A DNA stretch of 50,661 bases from positions 1 through 50,661 of the forward strand of contig CAZIFR010000001.1 in NCBI GenBank assembly GCA_964539185.1, given 5' to 3'. Under the pieces are notes generated by a model, which was not told the origin of the DNA, searched no databases, and was given only the letters and a program-made list of their open reading frames with translations. This document shows, one piece after another, positions 29,501 through 36,441 of this stretch; positions within the stretch are counted from its first letter, which is position 1, and every line of letters begins with the position of its first letter. The stretch is from an uncultured Muribaculaceae bacterium. Lineage in GTDB: Bacteria > Bacillota_I > Bacilli_A > RF39 > UBA660. A program made the translations under genes and the position numbers.

Positions 29501-31105
29501 TTCTAACGTATCAATAACAGGATTAGCAAATTCTCCTAAATTATATTTTTTATAACACATTTCTAAAAAAGAAACATCGAATTTAGCATTATGGGCGACC
29601 ATTGGTAAATTGCCAACCCAACTAATAAATCTTTCGATAACCTTTTCTTCTGTTTCTTTGTCTTCTAACATCTCATCAGTTATATTAGTAATTTCAATAA
29701 TTTTACTAGGTAATGGACGATTAGGATTAATTAATTCGCTAAATGTATCAATTATTTCACCGTTTAAAATTTTAACAGCTCCCACTTCAATAATTGAATC
29801 TCCGCCACCAGCATTAAAACCTGTCGTTTCAAAGTCGAAAACGACATAAGTATTTTCGATTAAATTAGAATTATTTTCTCTAATAACAATATTAATGCTG
29901 TCATCAATTAACACCAATTCAGAGCCATAGATAGCTTTAAATTTTTCTTCGCCTTTTTGACAACCCTTATTTATATCACATACAGTATGATAAATATCAG
30001 GGAAAGCTTGGCACCCGTTATGGTCAGTTATAGCAATAGCTTTATGTCCCCATAAATATGCTTGATTGACTAATTTTTTAGGTTCAATCAAACCATCCAT
30101 TTGACTCATAAAAGTATGGGCGTGTAATTCTATCCTTTTTACCTCACTATTATCTTCTGGAATGTCAAGTTTTTTTTCTGAGGCATTAATATCTCTTATA
30201 TTTAAAACAATTTCATTAGAATATTTGTCGTATTGAGTATACCCTCTTAATTTAAACCAATTACCCTTTTTCAACCTTTTTATATAATACTCATAATCAC
30301 TATCTTCTTTTACGAATAACTTAGCATACATACTGTTATTAAAATCAGTAATTTTTAAAGTTAATATCTTAAAATGAGTTTTTTTAGATTCAAAAAAGGT
30401 AATATCAAATAAATAGGCCTCAAGTGAAACATTGTCTTCTTCAACTAAGACACCACTAATTTCATGAGTGATTTTATTAATGAAACTGCCCATAATTTCA
30501 ACTGGTTCAGCTTTTTTAATAAGAGGTATGTCAGCGGTTTTAGAAAGCTCAATTTCTTTTCTTATTTCAGCTCTTTTTTTATTATTTAATAATATTTTTA
30601 TATTAATATTTTTAAATCCTGCTTGTTTTAATAGTTTTAAAAATGGCTTTTTTATCTTTTCAAATTTCATTTCTTCTGCTTTATTAATTAATTCAATATT
30701 TACTATATTTTCTTCGATAACTAGTTCAGTTTTTAAAAAAATACTTAATAAAGGATTTTCTTTTATCAGTTCATTCACAAGATATAAATAGTATTCAACC
30801 ATTAAATGATAATTAACATTGATTACATTTAAATTAAGAGAAACATTATAATCTTTATATTTTTCTTTTAACAATTCCGTAAAATTATTAAAAATATTAA
30901 TTGGCAAACTATTAGTTATAGTGATATTAAATTGATAACTATTACTCTTTCTTTCACCGATTATTTTATCTAAACAACCATCATTAAAAAAAGAATATTC
31001 TTCCTTTGGACAATTAATTTGATTTAATAATAATTCTAACTTATCTTGCACTTCTATCACCAATACTATTTTATCATAATAAAAAGCATTATAAAATGCT
31101 TTCAA
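26516..31105 (-). CDS. polC: DNA polymerase III PolC-type (alpha subunit with intrinsic 3'-5' exonuclease)
   Basis: PHP start IELHAHTFMSQMD. Exonuclease motifs VVFDFETTG, HNAKFDVSF and HHRADYDA. GSRGSVGSSLVA. Zn finger CSKC...CPKC. C-terminal QLSLF as in B. subtilis PolC. The track start is a TTG (31105) immediately after the in-frame TAG of the upstream gene, with no RBS. GTG 31051, preceded by GGTGA plus 5 nt, is a plausible true start (MQDKLELLLNQIN...). Confidence 0.9.
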   Translation of the reverse strand: MKAFYNAFYYDKIVLVIEVQDKLELLLNQINCPKEEYSFFNDGCLDKIIGERKSNSYQFNITITNSLPINIFNNFTELLKEKYKDYNVSLNLNVINVNYHLMVEYYLYLVNELIKENPLLSIFLKTELVIEENIVNIELINKAEEMKFEKIKKPFLKLLKQAGFKNINIKILLNNKKRAEIRKEIELSKTADIPLIKKAEPVEIMGSFINKITHEISGVLVEEDNVSLEAYLFDITFFESKKTHFKILTLKITDFNNSMYAKLFVKEDSDYEYYIKRLKKGNWFKLRGYTQYDKYSNEIVLNIRDINASEKKLDIPEDNSEVKRIELHAHTFMSQMDGLIEPKKLVNQAYLWGHKAIAITDHNGCQAFPDIYHTVCDINKGCQKGEEKFKAIYGSELVLIDDSINIVIRENNSNLIENTYVVFDFETTGFNAGGGDSIIEVGAVKILNGEIIDTFSELINPNRPLPSKIIEITNITDEMLEDKETEEKVIERFISWVGNLPMVAHNAKFDVSFLEMCYKKYNLGEFANPVIDTLELSRVLDSNYAKHNLTALVKRYNVPWDETAHHRADYDALGTALVFHKMMLKVIDQNKTKMSDLNNLVDKSEIHKYGRSYHVNILVQNKIGLKNLFKLISLANTQYLYKTPRILRSEITKHRDGLLIGSGCYGSEVFIEAKSKSGEELTNVINFYDYVEVQPLDVYDHLLQTGDFGSKLELIEHVKKVISTSKEAGKIVVATGDVHHLFKEDKIYREIIVNQKVPGGGRHPLARNNIKDIPSQHFRTTEEMLNDFSFLDDKLRNEIVIENTYKIADSIDVIEVIVETNGIPFSPKIDNSVEMVTKLVYEQAENWYGHPLPLIIEERIAKELYGDGIFNIIKEKLMRENVSEKDLDNLTYVELHQTILNGFDAIKNVVEDNLKHTEPKLSDIEIKEKGKQALGGIIGGGFDVIYLISQKLVKKSNEDGYLVGSRGSVGSSLVATMMGITEVNPLPAHYRCSKCKYSIFEENGNLLGNDYLSGFDLPDMKCPKCSETMIKDGNDMPFATFLGFNADKVPDIDLNFSDLNQATAHEYTKELFGIDNVYRAGTIGTVADKTAYGFVKGYCEDKGISKRSAEIERLAIGCTGVKRTTGQHPGGIVVIPDYMEVFDFTPFQYPADDPNSSWRTTHFDYHAIDQALLKLDILGHSDPTQLRMLQDLSNTDVIQVPLGEEKTMEIFLSPKPLGVTKEQILNETGTLGIPEFGTPFTIGLVSETKPTTFAELIKISGLSHGTDVWLGNAQELIQKNIVPFKNIIGCRDDIMVYLMYKGMKPIKAFKIMEFVRKGKASKDLETWSGFAKEMKEAKIEDWFIESCRKIKYMFPKAHATAYVTSAFRIAYYKVYYPSCFYASWFSTKATDFDIETMIKGYDAIKNKVNEFINKGYEISNKETGILETLRLALEMTARGLKFGNIDIEKSDANYFKIADDNITLIPPFKTIDGLGDTVAKTIVEERNKGMFLSIQDLQKRGKVSSTTIEKMKLMGILDGMDESSQLSLF

Positions 31106-32098
31106 CTAATTTAATTTTATTTTCATAATTTCTTCATATTTAGGAATAAGTCCCACTTTATTCCCTAAGCTGGCTTTTATTTGAAAAATACCAGGATAAC
31201 TATTTCCTTCAATAATAATTGGTCCGTCATTAGTAATAGCAACATCCCATCCAATATAGCCAATTTCAGGAATTTTTAAGGATGCTTCTTTTACTAATTC
31301 TATGCCTTCTTTCATATATGGAACTTGGAAACCTAAAATATTGACCTTACTTTCGGGATGAACTTTATAAATATCATCTTTTTGATCAATAGCTGAAGTT
31401 ATTACTTTACCATCATTATTCAAAAAAGCATACATCCCACCACTTGAAAAATTATCCATAACTTCACCATTACCAATTTTTAAAATGGCTGTTAAAAAGA
31501 AGGCTTGATTATCTTTACAAAAAGTAAAGATTCTTAAACTATTAACTGACTTACTATATAAATTATTCAACTCTTGGTGTTGAGAGATAACTTCTTCGAT
31601 AAAAAAATCATTTTGAGTTAATAAATAATTAAATAATTGTTCTAAATTTTGATTTTTAAGTTCAACTATTTTAATCCCCCGACCACCTTCACCATAAATT
31701 GGTTTAATAATAATTTTGTCTTTATTATAAATAAATTCTTTGAAGTCTTTTAAATTAGCTTTGTTCATGTCTAAAAAATCTCGTTTTATAAACGCTTTAT
31801 TATTATTGTTAAATTCCAATTTATTATCAAGAAAATGAAAAAATTCTTTGTTATTAAATTTTTTTATAATTTTATTATTCTTACCCCTTGTTAAATAAGT
31901 TTTCCGTTCTATTTCATTTAAATTATAAAACTCAAATTCTAAATAATCGTGAAAAGAGGCTTGGTATTTAAGAGCACAAAAAATCATATCAAAAATGATT
32001 GTAAATTGAGGTTTTCTTTCCTTATTACTTATTTTTTTTGATATTTGAAATAAAGTTTTAATAGTAAACAGATGAAATACTTTTAATAAAAATTTCAT
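31106..32098 (-). CDS. ATP-grasp ligase, 'sugar-transfer-associated' ATP-grasp (ATPgrasp_ST-like) family
   Basis: N-terminal FDMIFCALKYQASFHDYLEFEFYNL. IIKPIYGEGGRGI (P-loop-like Gly-rich strand). SVNSLRIFT. GWDVAITNDGPIIIEGNS (C-terminal ATP-grasp motif). AGGAGG RBS. Confidence 0.7.
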   Translation of the reverse strand: MKFLLKVFHLFTIKTLFQISKKISNKERKPQFTIIFDMIFCALKYQASFHDYLEFEFYNLNEIERKTYLTRGKNNKIIKKFNNKEFFHFLDNKLEFNNNNKAFIKRDFLDMNKANLKDFKEFIYNKDKIIIKPIYGEGGRGIKIVELKNQNLEQLFNYLLTQNDFFIEEVISQHQELNNLYSKSVNSLRIFTFCKDNQAFFLTAILKIGNGEVMDNFSSGGMYAFLNNDGKVITSAIDQKDDIYKVHPESKVNILGFQVPYMKEGIELVKEASLKIPEIGYIGWDVAITNDGPIIIEGNSYPGIFQIKASLGNKVGLIPKYEEIMKIKLN

Positions 32099-32106
32099 AT
32101 AGCCTC

Positions 32107-32811
32107 CTATAAAAAAATAAATATATATCTATCTTTTAAACTAAGATCTTTTTCAACAATAATCTTTGCTTTGGGCAAATATTTATAAGTTATGTCTTTT
32201 ATCTTATTGGCTTGTTGATGTCCTATTTCAAAAGCTAATAAACCTTCATCTTTTAAATAACGATAACTATTTTTAATTATTTTCTCATAAAAAGATAGCC
32301 CATTATTACTAGCATACAGCGCTAAAGCAGGTTCATTATTTTTAACAATATCCATTATTTTCTCATTTTCAGCTATATATGGTGGGTTGCTAATGATGCA
32401 ATCATATTTTCTAGTTAAAGGGGTTAATAAATCTCCCAAATAAAAATTAATTTCAACTTTATTTGCTTTAGCATTTTCTGAGGCAACATCTAATGCTCGC
32501 TCGGAAATATCGACAGCATCCATTTTACAATTTAATAGTTTTTTCAAAGTAATAGCAATACATCCGCTTCCAGTTCCAATATCAACTATTTCTAAATCTT
32601 TTTTATTTTTTAAATAATTATATGTTTTTTCAACTAAACCTTCAGTTTCAAAACGAGGAATTAAAACATCTTTATTAACTTTCATAATGTTTCCATAAAA
32701 ATCAACGTTCCCAATAATATACTGAACAGGGAAGCCCTTTTTTAATTTTTCAATACCATTCTTTAATTGCGATGGTTTTAGGTATTTTTTTAAATAATCA
32801 ATATCGTTCAT
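32107..32811 (-). CDS. prmC: Peptide chain release factor N5-glutamine methyltransferase
   Basis: PVQYIIG, VLIPRFETE, DIGTGSGCI (SAM motif I), and NPPY catalytic motif. The track start is ATG 32823; the second ATG (32811) has GGAG 6 nt upstream and is preferred. Confidence 0.85.
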   Translation of the reverse strand: MNDIDYLKKYLKPSQLKNGIEKLKKGFPVQYIIGNVDFYGNIMKVNKDVLIPRFETEGLVEKTYNYLKNKKDLEIVDIGTGSGCIAITLKKLLNCKMDAVDISERALDVASENAKANKVEINFYLGDLLTPLTRKYDCIISNPPYIAENEKIMDIVKNNEPALALYASNNGLSFYEKIIKNSYRYLKDEGLLAFEIGHQQANKIKDITYKYLPKAKIIVEKDLSLKDRYIFIFL

Positions 32812-32822
32812 TATTATCTCCA

Positions 32823-34559
32823 TTATACAATTTCATTGCTTTCATTTGAATATAATTTTTGATATACAGAATTACTATTTAATAAATCATTGTGATTTCC
32901 GGATGCAACTAATTTACCTTCATCAATTACATTAATAATATCAGCATCAACAATTGTTGATAGACGATGAGCTATAATTATAATTGTATGGTCTTTAACT
33001 AAGTTATCAATTGTTTTTTTAATATATGCTTGTGATTCATTATCTAAAGTTGATGTAGCTTCATCAAATAAAATTATTTTAGTATTGATTAATAACGTTC
33101 GAGCTATAGCTAGTCTTTGTTTTTGACCACCACTTAAATTAACTCCACCTTCTCCAATTATTGTATCATATCCAAGCGGTAAAGATGCTATATAATCATT
33201 GATATAGGCTTGTTTACAATGTTTTTTAACTTCTTCTAATGTAACATCTGCTTTAACCAATTTAAAATTATCTATAATTGACAAATTAAATAAAAAGGGT
33301 GTTTGCCTTATAATAGAAATATTATTTCGTAATGATTCTTCAGTTAATTCTTTTATATCTATTCCATCAACTAAAATATTTCCTTCATTGGCGTCAAAAT
33401 AACGAAGTAATAAATTAAATATAGTTGATTTTCCATTCCCACTTCTTCCAACAATAGCGATCTTTTTATTTGGTTCGATTTTAAAATTTAATCCATCTAA
33501 AGTATATTGTTCATCGTTAGAATATTTAAATTTTACTTCTTTAAATTCAATAAATCCTTTGGTGTTTTTTAAAACTATGCCGCCAAATTGTTCATCATTA
33601 TATAAACGATTATTAACTATTTCGTCAATTCTTTTTAATGAAACAGCTACTTTATTATAGTTAACACCAAAATCAGAAATACTTTCAACAACTTCATCTA
33701 TTCTCCAGATATACATTTGGATCATAACAAAAATGCTATATTCTATTTTGCCTTGAACAAAGAAATAACCACTTGTAAACAATATAATAAATTGTAAGAT
33801 AAAATATACTAGATTATTTATACCATAGTACCAAACTTCATAATTTTTAATTTTTTTACTATTTTTGAATAAATCATCAAGAAAAACAAAGATATTTTTT
33901 TCGATATTTTTCCTAATTCCTAATGATTTTATTTCTCTTATGCCAGTAATATTTTCGGTTGCTGATTTAACATATTTATCAGATTGTTCTTTAATTTTCT
34001 CTTGTGTCTTCTTGATTTTAGGAAAGTATTTATATGAAATTATTCCCATGATAAAAGCAAATATAACAATTTCAAGACCCAAAATTATCGAAATAGAAAA
34101 TGATAATATAACAATAATGATAACAACCATTGCCTTACAAATAAGCTTCGTTAGTTTAGCAAGTAAATCCATTACTCGTTCAGTATCATTATAAAGTCGA
34201 TTGACAAATTCACCTACACCAATTTCTTCAAAAGCGACAGCTGGTAAATTGTCTATTTTTAAATATAAATCTTTACTTACATTTTTCATAAATTTTATCG
34301 ATAAGTAATTATATACCTTCTCTCTTGGAACTTGAAGGATAGAATAAAACAAAATATACAATCCGTTCCATAAAGCTAGATACTTAACAAATTGTAGAAA
34401 CTCTTTTAATATCAAAGTTTCAATAGCCTTACCCCAGAAATAAGCTGACATTAAACCTGGTAAATAGGTACATATGACTAACAAAATATAAATGAATAGT
34501 TTAAACTTTTCATCTTTTAAATAATGCCAAATAATTTTAAAATTTTTAGTTTTTTTCAT
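32823..34559 (-). CDS. ABC exporter, fused TMD-NBD half-transporter (MsbA / multidrug-like)
   Basis: Six N-terminal hydrophobic segments. Walker A GRSGNGKST, signature LSGGQKQRLAIAR, Walker B ILFDEATSTLD. No peptidase domain. Confidence 0.85.
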   Translation of the reverse strand: MKKTKNFKIIWHYLKDEKFKLFIYILLVICTYLPGLMSAYFWGKAIETLILKEFLQFVKYLALWNGLYILFYSILQVPREKVYNYLSIKFMKNVSKDLYLKIDNLPAVAFEEIGVGEFVNRLYNDTERVMDLLAKLTKLICKAMVVIIIVILSFSISIILGLEIVIFAFIMGIISYKYFPKIKKTQEKIKEQSDKYVKSATENITGIREIKSLGIRKNIEKNIFVFLDDLFKNSKKIKNYEVWYYGINNLVYFILQFIILFTSGYFFVQGKIEYSIFVMIQMYIWRIDEVVESISDFGVNYNKVAVSLKRIDEIVNNRLYNDEQFGGIVLKNTKGFIEFKEVKFKYSNDEQYTLDGLNFKIEPNKKIAIVGRSGNGKSTIFNLLLRYFDANEGNILVDGIDIKELTEESLRNNISIIRQTPFLFNLSIIDNFKLVKADVTLEEVKKHCKQAYINDYIASLPLGYDTIIGEGGVNLSGGQKQRLAIARTLLINTKIILFDEATSTLDNESQAYIKKTIDNLVKDHTIIIIAHRLSTIVDADIINVIDEGKLVASGNHNDLLNSNSVYQKLYSNESNEIV

Positions 34560-34606
34560 ACTTCACCTCTAAATCAAGAAAATTGTATATAAAAGGTAAT
34601 CTCTAA

Positions 34607-35662
34607 TTAGTCTTCTCTTAATTTCCGATTTTGATCTTCAATAATTAAAGCTGCGATAATTTTATCTAAATCACCTTCCATAACACGGTCTAAAATGTTA
34701 AGGGTAAGGCTAATTCGATGATCAGTAACTCGATTTTGAGGATAATTATAAGTTCTTATTTTTTCAGAACGATCTCCTGTACCTATTTTACTTTTTCTTT
34801 CAGCACCTGTTTCCTTTTCATATTGTTGAATTTTAAAGTCATATAATCTTGTTTGTAATATCCGAATAGCTTTATCTTTATTTTTAATTTGCGAACGCTC
34901 TGTTTGGGAATAGACAACAATTCCTGTTGGAATATGAGTTAGTCTGACTGCTGAATCAGTTGTATTAACACTTTGACCTCCACAACCACCACTTCTAGTA
35001 ATATCAATTCTTACATCATTCATATCTAAATTAGCATCGATTTCTTCAGCTTCAGGCATTACTAATACTGTTGCGGTTGACGTATGAACTCTTCCTTGGG
35101 TTTCTGTAACCGGAACCCGTTGAACACGATGCGCTCCTGATTCATATTTTAATTTTGAGTAAACATTATCACCTTTAACAGAAAAACTGATTAAGGAATA
35201 TCCTCCTGCTTCGCATTTTTCTTCATCAATTAAGTCTATTTTCCAACCTTCTTTTTCTGCTAATTTTTTATACATCTCGAATAAGTCTCCAGCAAAAATA
35301 TTGCCTTCGTCACCACCAGCAGCACCTCTTATTTCCACAATAACATCACGATCATCATTAGGATCTTTAGGTAATAACAATAACTCTATTTGATTTTCAA
35401 AACCTACTTTTTGAGTTTCTAAATGATTTAGTTCTTCTTTTGCAAACTCCAATAAATCCTTATCTTTTAACATATCTTTTGCCACTTCAGTATCGATAAG
35501 TATTTGCTTATATATTTGGTATATTTCATAAACTTCTCTTAAAGAAGCTTGTTCTTTAGATAAAGCCATCGTCTTTTTGATATCGGAAATGGTTTCTGGT
35601 TTAATTAATTCTTCCGTTAATGCATTATATCTCTCTTCGATAGTTTTTAATCTTTCTATCAT
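34607..35662 (-). CDS. prfA: Peptide chain release factor 1
   Basis: PVT tripeptide anticodon motif (RVPVTETQGRVHTS) and a GGQ motif in SGGCGGQSVNTTDSAVRLTHIPTG. Confidence 0.92.
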   Translation of the reverse strand: MIERLKTIEERYNALTEELIKPETISDIKKTMALSKEQASLREVYEIYQIYKQILIDTEVAKDMLKDKDLLEFAKEELNHLETQKVGFENQIELLLLPKDPNDDRDVIVEIRGAAGGDEGNIFAGDLFEMYKKLAEKEGWKIDLIDEEKCEAGGYSLISFSVKGDNVYSKLKYESGAHRVQRVPVTETQGRVHTSTATVLVMPEAEEIDANLDMNDVRIDITRSGGCGGQSVNTTDSAVRLTHIPTGIVVYSQTERSQIKNKDKAIRILQTRLYDFKIQQYEKETGAERKSKIGTGDRSEKIRTYNYPQNRVTDHRISLTLNILDRVMEGDLDKIIAALIIEDQNRKLRED

Positions 35663-35689
35663 ATTATCACCTTTTCTTTGCCTTTATAA

Positions 35690-35718
35690 ATTATACTACA
35701 TTCTCGCTTTTTTGACAA
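35690..35718 (-). promoter_or_regulatory. SigA-type promoter upstream of prfA
   Basis: Minus strand: TTGTCA (35718-35713), 17-nt spacer, TATAAT (35695-35690). It is about 28 nt upstream of the ATG at 35662. Confidence 0.6.
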
Positions 35719-35726
35719 TTAAAATA

Positions 35727-36320
35727 TTATCGTGATGATTGTTTCCAAGCAACATTTGCTTCATAACTTTTTTTTAATTGTTTAGACTTATCAATCCTGC
35801 TTATCATATAAATGGATGTATCTTTATTACAATCTTCTATAACTTCTATTTCTTTAGTACCTTGCTTAATTAGTTGTTTTTGTAAATGCTTATAATATTC
35901 AATTGATGTTTGAATATTACAATTTTTTTTATCACCGCAAACACCAACGACAAAATTAAGAACCTTATTTTTTAATAACCATTCACTTATTCCATTGTAA
36001 ACACCATTAGCTATTAAAAATCCTTCAGGAACATTTTGTTGTAAAGGTCCAATTCCATAATCGGTGACAAAATATTCTTTTGTATGACGAAAAATAAGGT
36101 TCCTTAAAACATTATATTCTAAATCTGAACATATTTCGATTATTTTATCATCGACTAATAAATTATGATATTTCATTAACTGACCAAAAAGGATATTGTG
36201 TTTATTCAATTTATTTAGCCATTTTTCATAATTAAAATATTCAATTTGCAATTGATTTTCTATATCATTTTCCAACATATATCTAACTAACAATTTGTTT
36301 TGTAAATTCATTTGAATCAT
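35727..36320 (-). CDS. Hypothetical cytoplasmic protein (197 aa)
   Basis: Intact ORF with an AAAGG-type RBS and no recognisable motif. It occupies the position upstream of prfA where tdk is often found in Bacillota, but it is not Tdk-like (no P-loop). Confidence 0.5.
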   Translation of the reverse strand: MIQMNLQNKLLVRYMLENDIENQLQIEYFNYEKWLNKLNKHNILFGQLMKYHNLLVDDKIIEICSDLEYNVLRNLIFRHTKEYFVTDYGIGPLQQNVPEGFLIANGVYNGISEWLLKNKVLNFVVGVCGDKKNCNIQTSIEYYKHLQKQLIKQGTKEIEVIEDCNKDTSIYMISRIDKSKQLKKSYEANVAWKQSSR

Positions 36321-36345
36321 ACCTTTCTTTAATTATCTAAGTATA

Positions 36346-36374
36346 GTTATATTGTTACAAATAAACGATGTAAA
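36346..36374 (-). promoter_or_regulatory. Candidate SigA-type promoter upstream of the 197-aa ORF
   Basis: Minus strand: TTTACA (36374-36369), 17 nt, TATAAC (36351-36346). Confidence 0.35.
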
Positions 36375-36441
36375 TTTTACTACTTTTAATACCAACAATA
36401 TTACAACATTAATAATACAAATAATCGGTGACTATATAAAA

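Noticed and set aside
31106-34559. RiPP (graspetide-like) cluster hypothesis: ATP-grasp, methyltransferase and ABC exporter
   Set aside because: The methyltransferase is a bona fide PrmC (NPPY, VLIPRFETE). The ATP-grasp belongs to the ATPgrasp_ST type rather than the microviridin type. The exporter lacks a C39 peptidase domain. There is no small precursor-peptide ORF in the 0-47-nt gaps.
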